From the NCBI GenBank assembly GCA_047967505.1, contig CM106538.1: a DNA stretch of 64,000 nucleotides; one strand, given 5' to 3'. The position numbers and the translations under genes are program-made. This document shows positions 11,107-22,872 of this stretch, piece by piece (the stretch's first letter is position 1; each line of letters begins with the position of its first letter). The notes below the pieces were generated by a model that was given only the letters and a program-made list of their open reading frames with translations, was not told the origin of the DNA and made no database searches. Source of the stretch: Dipteris shenzhenensis. Its lineage: Eukaryota.

Positions 11107-12883
11107 GTTTGCATACCTATCATTACTTGTTGCTCGAGGGATTTTCAAGTCAATTCAATTGGGATTCTTGATGGTTGGGCATACACATGAGGATATTGAT
11201 GCAATGTTTAGCAGGTTTTCAGAGAGGTTAAGAACTAGCCAAACATTGACATTTGCACATCTCATGGATACTTTTAGACAATGTGAGGAGTCTTCTCCAA
11301 TGCCATTTTTGGTAACAGAAGTCCCTGATTTCAAGAGCTATGTTGATGGATGCCTGTGCGATGGGAAAGATTCTTTAGTGGGACACTCAAAGCCTCTCCA
11401 ATTTCAGTTCTTTATGCGAAATGAAGTTCCTATCATGCAATATAAAGTGCATCCACGATCATTAGATTGGCAACCAAGTGAAGGTGGCATTGAGTTGTGG
11501 AAGAGACATCCAGATGGTCATCCAATGCTACCAAGTGGAGAGCCACCTTATGTAACCATGTTCAAGTATGTGAAGGATCACTTAGATGTGATAGTTGGTA
11601 TCAAGGAGTATGTACGCTTTTGGGAAAAATGGGCACACTTGCAAGGTCCAGAAGCATCTTTCACAAAGTTTTACAAGCCAGTAGTGAAGTACTGGAAGAG
11701 CATGATTGATGAGCTTGATAAACCAAACAATAGTGTAGAGGGCATGTACGAGAGATTTTGGCCAAAGACGCAACATATTGATTGTGTGCAAGTAGTTGAT
11801 AATGAAAACGATGAGTTTCAAGGAATTGAAGAGTTGAATGATCATTACTGTGGACCTCAAAGGAAAAAGCCAAAACAATCATTTGATCCAATGGTTGATG
11901 TACAAAAAGGACACTTTCTTTTGGTCCGACCAGTAGAAAAAATTTACCCGATTTGGCTAGGCATTGCTCAAACTGATGTACAGAAGGATAATAAATCTAA
12001 AAACTTCAAGAAGGTTTTCATACAATATTGGGCACCTATATGCAAAAGACACTGCACAAATTGAGGAGGTATATGCAGATTGTTGGAACAAGGTTTGGAT
12101 GTGCAATAAAGGTGATCCTCCACGTTGGGAATCTGTTGATGCTATTGTATGGTCATGGGTTCCAAAATGTAACCTCTCAAAGAAGGTTTCCTCAAAGAGC
12201 AGCAACCTCCCCATCAAGGTGAAGATACCAACCATTGCACGCAAGCGAGCTTTATCCAATTTTTCTCATAGAATAGATTCCGACTCTGATGCTGACTCCA
12301 CAATGGAGTGAAGGTACTTGAAAAGCATGACTTTTTTTTCCTTGCACAACAATAATTTAATTGAATACTGACAAATATTTGGAAGGTATGACATTGATCT
12401 TTTTTCTTTATCTTTTTTTTTGCAGACCATTGCTTTGTGGTTGCAAGTTCTGCACACTCGACAAAATATCAAGGACTAGTGTTGCATTCTTACTTTTTCT
12501 CCAACTAAACTAAAATGGTGTTTTTGAACACCACCTTTTTTCGAGAAGAGGCAAAAAATGCTTCGTTAAACTCAAACAATTGTGAGTTTCATATACACGG
12601 CCAAATCCAAGGAGAAAGTCAATGGAGTGCACTCAATGCATTGTAATTGTAACCCCTCAAAAAATACCATGCATTGGTCGAAACCTCAACATTTGACATT
12701 TTATTTATGTTGATGCAAACCATGCACATTTGCAAGATTTGGATGGACTGCCAAATCTATGGGAAAAATCAATGAAAAACATTGAATGTTACATAATTAC
12801 AACCCCTCAAAAGTTCCCAAATTATCAGGATTTTCCCAAATTCTCTAATATGGTGTTTATATTTTTGCATCTTCTTCTTAGCT

Positions 12884-15800
12884 TTACTCTTCATGGATTT
12901 GTGGTTCTTGGATGTCCTCCCATGCAGCGAATCCCTTGCCCGCATTGCTTGCACCATGACCACCTCGAGCGTTGTTTGTGTGTGCAGGCCATTCCCCCGT
13001 AGGCACATGTTGCATGAGTAAGTTGAATTTGGATGCATAACCTTCCACATCTTGATTTCCCTGGTCCAAGCGGCGCAATCTATCCAGAGTTTGCAAAATC
13101 ATTTTTTCCTGACGAAATCATCTCAAGAATTTAAACATCTCATGCAATGCATTGCTGCAAGTGACACCACCACCATGCCTTGAGTTCTTGAAGTAGGCTA
13201 CCTTCACTCTATAGTGCGACTTCTCCATGTCTTGTGTATTCCAAATGGACAAAGGGCCCCAATTTTGTACAAACCATGGTCCGTGTGGATAGAGAATATG
13301 CTGCAAACATGATGAGAATCATTTAAGCAACAAAAACTATTTATAAAGCAAGTGCTAAATATTACAATGGTGCCAAGATTACCATGTAATGCATAATGTG
13401 CGACTCCCCCCCTGCTTTCACCATTAATTGCATAAACTCTTTCATAGCCATCCTGAATCTTTCATAACACATTTCATCGATTTGAACCTGGCGAAGCAAT
13501 TTTATCAATGCATCTATCTTTGTCCATACTCTAGCTCTCAAATTTGCTACTTGAGGATGAGAAGCCTTATTGGTCATGCATTCACACAATGCTTTCCAGT
13601 ATTCCCAACCCAAACTACTTTGAGACAATGTATGCTTGTCTTTGTCGAGATTGTGGTTCGATAGGAATCTCCTTGCCTTCCCTCCACCCATGGACACTTT
13701 TGCAAGAAGATTTTGTGTTGCCCCATACATTTTCTTATCCTCCTTAAGTTTGACATGTCCTCCATGGAATCCCATCTTTGACAGCAACTTCTCAGCTTTT
13801 GCAATGCACCGTGCAAATACTTCTTGTGGAATTAAATTCCCAGCATAAACAAGATGCAAATACAACAACTTATCAAGTACACACAGTTCTGTGTGTAAAG
13901 TACATATGTGTACTCTCTCAAGTGGGATGGGCAAGATGGGATCCCAGTTTGGATCCTTCTTGTTGCGATTGGGAGCTTGTGTTTGGCTGCAAGATAGAAT
14001 GTCATTCTCCCATTGTAAGCCAGCCTTTTGCTTACGTTGTGAACACATGCAATAAAGGCATGTGTTCATTGCATTTGCCCCTATATCACAACCGTGCAAG
14101 CACTTGAGGGTTTTCAAATCACCAACAAGATGCCATTCAACTTGAAATGTTCCATGGCCATCGACTGTTAATGTTTGCCCTTCCTCTTGTCTTTGGATTG
14201 TTGATAAGATTCCTGTTCTATCTAGAACCCACTTCAATGTCTCATGGCACTCTTTCGGAGTCTCAAATACTACAAGCCACCATATATCTTTCTATGATTG
14301 CATTGAGAAATCTTGCTCTACTTCTCTAACTTGTGTTCTTTCACCAATTGAGCTTCATTGATTTTGATGACAAGTATGAGCTCTCCATTGCAATCTGTAC
14401 AACAAAAGAGAGAAATCATTAGGATAAACATGATATAGGAAATGAACTAAGTAAAGTGTAATGCTATAATGGATTTCCTCTTACCATCCTCTCTCATGCC
14501 ATAGAATTTCACCATTACTTGTTGCAGTTTCTCAACATTTAAGTAGACATTGTTGAAAGCATTCAACTCAAAGTTTTGCAAGCCAGATTTCTTTTTACTC
14601 TTCCAAGTCATTGTGCCCCTTACGCAATGGTACCCTCCAAGCATTTCTCTTGCATGTTGGTTTCTTTCTCGCTGTGCATGTTTCATAGACCAAGGTGTGG
14701 GTAGGGGTACTGTAGACTTCTTATACTTTCCCAAAATAGCAGACTTGAAAATTTTGAAAACAGATGTGTAAGTTTCACGACTTACACTAGTAGTATCACA
14801 GGCTGCAAGCATCTCCTTTGCATCCACAATATCCTTGAAGTCCTTCATCACCTCTTCAGCAACTTGCACATGTAGGCACTTGTGTCTTGGCCCTTGGGTC
14901 CCTTAGTATCCCAATGACATCGCTTGACTTCAATAAACTAGCTAGAGCATATGAACAATCAATACCATCCCTGTCCATTCTTGCTCAAGCCACATGCTAC
15001 GTTCTCTTCACGGAGCTATGCCACTTTTTGCTCCAGTGGTACATGTGCACCCACTAATGCCCTGGACAATTGTGACTAGGTGATCGTCACTTCAATATGA
15101 GCATGTGTATGCTTGTCCTTATAAGATGAGAAGTCCACCTGAACACCCTTTATGAAGTGCATGTACAAGAATTTGGCAAAGTTCATTGCTACTTCATTAG
15201 AGTGTAACGCCTTCCCATATACCTTGATATATATCTACCTGGCATTTTTTCAGATCCATTTATCTTGGCAATTTGTGATCTTCCATCTACCATGCTGGTT
15301 CAAAGCTTCGGTTGGGGTGTTTCCACCTTCGGATCCTCTATTTTTCTTCTATGTCTCCTAGCTTGGATGCTAAGGCTTCACCTTCATCGACCTCCAAGGA
15401 CCAGATCGCCAAAAGCTCTTGTTTTGAGTCAAGCTTGTTGACTTCTTTCCATTGCATGCCTGCAAAACCAACACCCATGGTGTTGGTTGCTAGTTCATAT
15501 GTGATAATTATTGACAAAAGAACTAAGAAATGATAAATCTAATATTAAAAGCATGCAAAATTTTAAATATTAAACATATAGACCTCCAGGATGAGAATAT
15601 ATGGATGTTCGTACGATAGTGTCTGGTACATGCTTGGGGGTTGCACTCGCAACCCTGCATAGCCGCTCGAACTACATGCGTTGATGCTCGGCATGTCGAG
15701 CCTCCTCTTCAGCCTCCTCTTGCATCAATGGATGCTTGTCTACTCTTTTGGAACCTTTTGGTTCCCTAGGTGGGGGAGGAGTACCCTTCCTTGTGACATT

Positions 15801-15935
15801 TTCACAGGAAATTATTGCTTGTTGCAGAGAGTGAAGTGCGGTTGAATACTCTGTGTGTGATAGCATGTAAGGTCTGCATGCATCACATTCAACACTTGTG
15901 TGGAGCCAATGTGTGACATAGGATGCAAGATGCAA
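12884..15935 (-). pseudogene. RAG1/Transib-like (CMC-Transib clade) transposase, spliced and decayed; upstream limit uncertain
   Basis: Motifs in order: LVIKINE; PKECHETLKWVL; LVGDLKTLKCLHGCDIGANAMNTCLYC; VHICTLH; HYM|HILYPHG...GPLSIWNTQDMEKSH (GT-AG intron 13301-13382). Confidence 0.7.
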
Positions 15936-16178
15936 ATGTCACATGCAATATGCTCAATGCAAGATGAATATGTTACATATCCCATGCAAGATGCAAACTA
16001 TTACATGTGCTATGCAAAATAAGTTATAACAAAATTACTTTAATTTAAGAAAATGTACATGTTGCAATCTTTATTTACATTGAATGGTAAACATTAAATT
16101 TTATTTTTGAACAAGAATTTCATTACAATAAGTTTGACACATGGGGTCCCAAAAATATTACAAGACCAAAAAGGTGTC

Positions 16179-18092
16179 TTATGTTGCAAGCCTAAGTGCA
16201 ATTCTCATCTCTTGCATAAGCCTCATATCCAATTCTCCCCCACATTCTACTCTCTTTAAGATATCACTGGTCTCTCTAAGTGGCTTGCTCTAATTGGAAA
16301 TGCAATGCATCATTTGTTCTTTTGCATGATGTTTAATGGCATTAATGACATGAGAAGGAGGCATTTTATGATCATCCTCAAGGTAACTCCAGGCATCTTC
16401 AAAAAATTGAATCATCTAAAAAATGATCCATCCCAATGCATACGTATTTAGGTGAAATCATGTTTAGGTGGTACACTATTATTGTGTGTTAGCACATCTA
16501 AATCTCCACTATTAAGGTATTTCCAATGTCATTCATAAAAATCTAAAAGTTATTATACCACTAGTTAGACTACAAAGAGTCTTAAAAGAACATCATTTTT
16601 TTTCATTTTTGTTCAATTGTCACATGATAGCAATATGAATAATAGTGGTGTCTCGGACACCACTAATTGTACCACCTTAACATGCTTAGAGCCATTTGCA
16701 TGGCATGTATCTTTAACGCTACTTCCTGTAGCTCGGGTGCAATCCATTATTTTCACCCATGCTCTTCCTCTTTCCTATGAACTCACTCAACAAAGTTGGC
16801 ATTTATCTCCAAATACTACTTCTTCAGATGCTTGAATGCCTTTCGACTCTTTGAGAAGTCCATGGCCATCCCCTAGTCTATGATGCCTACTCGACATCTA
16901 GACTTGCCAACAAAATCCAACATGATATTACCCCGGTGTTATGGCGTAGGTCTGTGTGTATCCACCTTCCAACATGTAGCCTTGCTAAAAAATCCACAAA
17001 GTCTGCATGGATGATTTGGAGGAGATTCTCACAAAAGACATTGATTCAGGCAATATCTTCCTTCTCCAATGTAGCTTGGACTCCCCAAGTTGCTGTGGCC
17101 ATCAAATCCACTCCTCCTCTTAGAACATGGTGGAAGTAGCATTTGAACCTACCTTGCATTGGTCCATTGGTAGAATCTGAAGGAACTGCAATAGGCTACC
17201 ACCATTAAAGTAAGGTGTGATGGTCTAGAGTGGCTCTACTCGAGTTGCTACGATCACACGCACAACGATTGGGTGTAGAATCCGCATGAGTTGTTCTCTC
17301 CTTTCTTCTCATGTACGCATCCCGATATTGCCCTTATACTTTTTTCTGGAATATTCGACATGATATGGCAACCCTATAGCTCATACCCTACTCCTAGGTC
17401 AATCGGATTTAAATACAATTCCATAGGTGCCTGAGCCAATTTTCTCGCCAACTTGTATCTCCCTCTCTGTGACATATGCCAAGTGTGACACTCTATCTAT
17501 GTTACTAGCCATGTGTTGTGTCCTTTGCATCTCATAAACTCTCAATGGTTGAGAGGATGGATGCTCTTCACGTACGGCGGCCAGTGACATAGGGATGTAG
17601 AGGATGTAGAGGATGGATGCTCTTCACCTGCGCTACTATAGCCTTCTTGTCCTAGCTCTTAGCCACTGTGACATGGGCAATTTGATGCAAAGACCCTTTT
17701 CTTGTGCATAGCCCACACACCCGTCCATTGTGTTAGCTTGAAGACATAAAACTATTGTGCAAGAGTAGGGTCTACATTGCATGCTTCGTTGAAGTAGGTC
17801 TCTGCATTCCCAATAAAGCTGTCAACCCAAAGCATGGCATCTGTCTCCCATTGTACCCAGATGGCAAGGTAATCATGACCTTCAAACTGCAAACTGCTCT
17901 TAGCATCATGAAGAATCCTCCTCTTCATAGTGTTGACTCCCTCTAGACTAGACATGGTTGATTCCATATCACTCTCCTCCATGTTGCACACCCTAATAAA
18001 AAAGGCATCCTGAGTGCTTCTCATCATTCTCTTGCACTCACCTTACCTAGCTCTTCCCCTACTTTTCACTTAGTGCCAATAGTTGAGGCCAT
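16179..18092 (-). pseudogene. Protein kinase pseudogene
   Basis: GEKIGSGTYGIVFK (~17410-17450), LARLH..WIHTDL..GNIMLDF...VGIID*GMA (~16860-16990), WIAPEL (~16730-16750), xYALG (~16430); many stops and frameshifts. Confidence 0.7.
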
Positions 18093-19192
18093 GCTTATGA
18101 GAAGATCTTACTGTGTGTGTAGAAAGTTTTATTGCTTGACAAAGAGCTACATTTGCCACATGATAGTGAGGAGGCAGGCATGTGACAATAACTCCCACCA
18201 TATGCATTCTTTATTTTTTTAATTACATGAAATGCAAATGAATTATCATGCATTGATGTACAAGTTTAAAGATTTCCTAAAAGCTAATAACTTTCAATGC
18301 ATGCATGCAACAAATTCTAAATAAGTTCTTAAAACATTTGACAAAACAATCCCCCCTTTATGTGGATATACGAGGAAACCTGGATCTTGGTCATGGTTCC
18401 ACCCTGTCCTCTTCAAGACGCAGGACCATGATTTAATTCTTGGAGTAGGCCGCTCGGCCAAGACTTGGAGAGAGGAGGATTTTTACCTCTTCTCAATCCA
18501 GCTTTGGTGAAAATGAGCCTATCGGTTGGCATATATCTTGGGTCAGTAGTATTACCGATGATAATGCCTATATTACCACCGGTAATTCTAGTACTGCCGG
18601 CAATAGCATGTAAATTACTGCCTATAGTAGCAAAATCCCAAGCATGAATATTGCTACTACTGACAGTCATAATATTATGAGCAGTATTTCTGGTACTACT
18701 ACCGGTAGTATTGTGTTAAACTACCGATAGTATTGTGTTAAAGTACTAGCAGTAGTGTTACTACTACCACCGATATATACCCGGTTTCCGGGTCAGGGCT
18801 ACCTGATAGCACAAAAGGGGAAAAGTGGGGGTGGGACGAGGGGGGGGTTGTCGAAAGATATTCTTGTAATTGTGAGGAATAACGATTCTAGATTGAAAAA
18901 AAATAATGATTCTCTTGATGGCTTCTTATAGTTTATTTGCAATTTGTGCAATTTTAGTATAGATTCAATCACATTCATGACATTTGGAACCTCTCTATTT
19001 AAGGAGCAACTAGTCTAAATGATAAGAATTCATAAAAATATGCCTCCTTTATCATGTACTCAATTTGAAGTGGAAGCATTTTCCATGAATAATGTTCAAA
19101 CAATAAGAAATCACAAACATGCTTCCATTGTCAAGTACTCACTTTGATGGGATTGTTGTGATTCTTCCGCATAAGTAGATCCAATTTTAAAA

Positions 19193-21146
19193 TTATAAGA
19201 AATGATGTAGATATGCCTCCACCGTCGTGTACTCAAGCAAAGGGTATAGTTGTGAGGCTTCCCCACAAGTAGGCCCAATGTCAAAATTATAAAGCTCACC
19301 AAGGTAGAAAATGAGGTGAAAGTGACCCATCACTACCTTGCGAAATAAGTCAGCATCTGGAGTCACAAAGAGGGGGAGAGTAGTGTTAGTGCACAATAAT
19401 AGTGTTGTCAAAACCATCCCCTATATGGTAAGCTCAGGCGGTCACTTAAAGGAGAAGATGAATAGTATAGCACTTTAGAGAGTGACACTCAAGAAAAGTA
19501 TAACGCCATTGAGGATGCACTAATTTGCTAAATGCATACAACACTTTATTCATTTATATGAGTGTTTAGCTAATGAAAATATGGCAAAGGAAAGACCTTT
19601 TATCTCCTCAAGCCACAACTTCTCGGGGATGTAGGTCTTGTCTAGTACTTGTCCACATTGCTTTTCCCATATGGCTACAACCTCGTTCTGAGAGAGAATG
19701 TTTGCAGGTGGCCGAATGTATACTGTGGTGTTGACAACGCGAGGATCCTCTATTGTCTTAATTACATAGGCTCCAACGTCCTCTTCGGCCACCCAAATCA
19801 CTGCAGCGAATGTTAAGCCGTGTTGTATCAATCCCTTTTTGCCTCTCCTAATTAATCAATTAATCTACCTCTCCCAATTCTCGAATTAGGCTATGCTTAA
19901 GACTCCAACCCCCCCCCCAAAATAAAAAATAAAAAATAAAACCTAAATCAAACGAAATGCATTAGCTTATTCGCGGCCCCCAAAGAAATTAATTAGTTAA
20001 TAGGGCGTTTTACCGGGCCCTATTTGCCTAAACATTAGCAATTGCAATTTTGCGAAACATGGATTTAGATGGCACTTATATCGGGCATGACAACTGAAGT
20101 GTTCAATTTTCGTTTATGCCGAATTCAAACAGGCACTGTTTCTGAGGCCCAAAACGGTAGTGATGCCCGTCGCGATCTTGGATTTCCAAGCTAGCGACCA
20201 AGTCAGACCATTTCAGCTTGCAGCCGTCAGATAATGACTTTGAAGAAAAAATATACGACTCCTAGCTGAATTTGATATCGTTTCATAGTATACGAGACCT
20301 TCTCGTCATGGCGAGCTTGTAAGTTATTAAGCAGTTCACAAAATGACTAACACACCCACGATTTAAAAGGCTCACCCTTCTTATTGCCATCTCCGTAGAT
20401 AAGCACGCTCTCTGTAGGTGGCAAGAACCGGCTATACTGCGCCAGGCCGGCTAAAAAATAGCCAGCAAAACAGTTGGCAGAGATGTATGTGCGCGGAATT
20501 CCGGCTGCCTCGATAGCACGCCGTACCTTCCTCTTGTCGGTAAAAATATCACCTGCGGGCGAAGGACAATGCGAAAGGCGGTCCGGGTCCATGCCAAATT
20601 CGGAAGGCAGAAACCTCTACAAGTGGCGGTCAGATTCAATACAGTGCTTTGTATATAGCAAACATCAGGAACAGCTCAGAAGCAGTACCTTGATATTTCC
20701 AGCTTCTTTGATAGCCTCGACGAGCTTGAGTTGATCCAGCAGCCGGTCTTCAGCCATGGCTGATATCACAATGTCCACCTGCTTTAGAGCCTTTACTAGG
20801 CTGCTTAAATCGTGAAGGGAGCCCTGCTATTTAACCAAACATGAAGACATTATCGTTTGTATCTCGGAACACAGGACCCCATATTTATGTTCAGGTCCTG
20901 TCTTTTTTTTTGTTAATTGTACGTTCAGGTCCTATCCGCCCAAAGAATTGAACAATATGTTACCTGTAGAAACCTAGCGCCAGATTTCTTGAGGGACATC
21001 AGCTGGCCGACCTTGTGCACATCCGATGCAACATCCGGGCGTACAAGCAGGAAGGTGGGATGACCAGCTGCCAAGCTTGCCCGTGCAATGTGCTTGCCGA
21101 TGTATCCAGTAGCACCCACGATCAACACACGGCCGGGCGTCGTCAT
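19193..21146 (-). CDS. PIP-family (isoflavone reductase / PCBER / pinoresinol reductase-like) NmrA-type NADPH reductase, 308 aa, 5 exons
   Basis: Exons 21146-20964, 20823-20689, 20616-20376, 19800-19597 and 19356-19193 total 927 nt, all with GT-AG introns. Motifs GATGYIG, RFLPSEFGMDP, conserved Lys in DKRKVRR, YISANCFAGYF, YIRPPANILSQNE. Confidence 0.93.
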
Positions 21147-21793
21147 GGTCGAGGAACTCACCGCCTTCTTCTTTGATTCTCTAATTTAAGCGAGTGATCA
21201 GGGATGTTTTGTTTCTCGCCGTTCACAACTATTTGAAGAGGAAGCAATCAGTGCCTGTGTCGCATTTCTCCTTCCCACAATTCAACTGTTAAGGGCATCG
21301 CTAGTGGATGTGCTGTTAAATCCATCGAGCTCTGTTGAGTAGACAGATAAAGATTGACATGTTTACAACCAGCGATTTTTCCTCTGAACACCACAATACA
21401 GTCTTGTCAAAAGCAAGCGATTGCTTCTGGCAGATTCAGGCTTTTGTAACCACTAATGTGGAACAATGCAGAAAATAAAAGTATCCTAGGTTGGTTAAAT
21501 TATTGGCACTAGTAACCTTGACCCATTTGAGACGGGCTGCTCGGCTGGGTCTCAAAGTTGAGATCATAGATCGCCTTTAATAAAATTCATGGTTTCATTT
21601 ATCAATCTTAAACTTTGAGAAATTTTAAGAAAATTTGTGAAAAACGTATATATACATACCAACACACCCGCGCACTCACACACACATATAAATATCCAAG
21701 AATTTTCAGTTGTCTTTCATTAAACCAAACTTCTAAACACACACACATACACATACAAAACACTAAATATTAAAATATAAATAAATATCTTAT

Positions 21794-21795
<2 letters not shown>

Positions 21796-21852
<57 letters not shown>

Positions 21853-22085
21853 TTATGCATACAATTGCAAGCACTTCTAAGTAGAATGGTTTGCTTGCAC
21901 ATTCGTCCACTACATAGCTTTTCGTGGGCATTTCCTCCACTGTTGGTATTAATTTATAAATATGCCCTCATTTCACCAAAAATACTATGCAAGTCATACT
22001 AAGATTTCCTCAACATCTTTAGCTTAGTAGTTTGCCTACATTTCATGTGCATGCTAAGATATTATAGATTATATATACAATATAA

Positions 22086-22168
<83 letters not shown>

Positions 22169-22382
22169 CTCTCTCTCTCTCTCTCTCACACACACACGCA
22201 CGCGCACGCGTGTGCATGCATACTCTCTCTCTCTCTCTCTCTCTCCCTCCCTCTCCCTCCCTCTCTCACTCTATGTGTCTCTCTCTCTGTCTCTGCCTCT
22301 GTCTCTCTACTTCTCTCTCTGTCTCTGTCTCTACGTCCTACCTCTACACACACACACACATATATATGTATCCACCCCCCCC

Positions 22383-22413
<31 letters not shown>

Positions 22414-22436
22414 TCTCTCTCTCACACACACACACA

Positions 22437-22479
<43 letters not shown>

Positions 22480-22482
22480 TCC
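21796..22482. repeat. (CT)n and compound (CT)n/(CA)n microsatellites
   Basis: Long dinucleotide tracts at ~21796-21850 and ~22086-22482. Confidence 0.95.
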
Positions 22483-22872
22483 TCCCCTTGGGGAGCCTTG
22501 TGATTGGATCTACATATCAGTTTGACAGGGGCAATGGGAGGTAACCATTTTTCTTGTCGGTTAATCGTATCCATTGAAACCCACCTTAGTAATGGAGGGT
22601 AATATACAAGGGAATGTGGACAGCATTGGACCACCATCAAGAAAGAAAAAGTGAAGTTTTTAGAAAGAAAAGGAGAGGAAATTCCTCCTCACAGATTTTA
22701 TTTAGCTTTACCTTGCTTGAACCACAAGGAAAATGGGACCATGTACCCTGGATTCCTTGTGCCCTCTATAATCCTTGGGGAGTGGAGTTGAATGAGGGAC
22801 CCCCATGGAATACATTAAAGTGAGAAGATCCACATCCCACATGGAGACTCCATTAGTGGGAGTTGCATTGGA

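Larger units (their letters stand above)
6449..12311 (+). pseudogene. Sola-like (DUF7869-type) DDE/D transposase with N-terminal Tnp1/En/Spm-like repeats; frameshifted and interrupted by an LTR element
   Basis: Motifs CCKQNC, FSKCGLC, IIHDKMDQKKT, LLLQLDNCGFENKNRYLF|AYLSLLV, FLMVGHTHEDIDAMFS. Acceptor tatgcag at 6448; TAG at 7811; frameshifts near 6870, 7260, 7920 and 12060. Confidence 0.8.

Noticed and set aside
12299-12306. CACAATGG as a Transib/RSS-like terminus of the RAG-like element
   Set aside because: It lies in the last codons of the Sola-like ORF, and no matching inverted end with a TSD was found upstream of the kinase.
22045-22544. ORFs over microsatellites (also 28943-29216, 43582-44441, 47964-48311)
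   Set aside because: Artefacts of dinucleotide tracts that lack stop codons.
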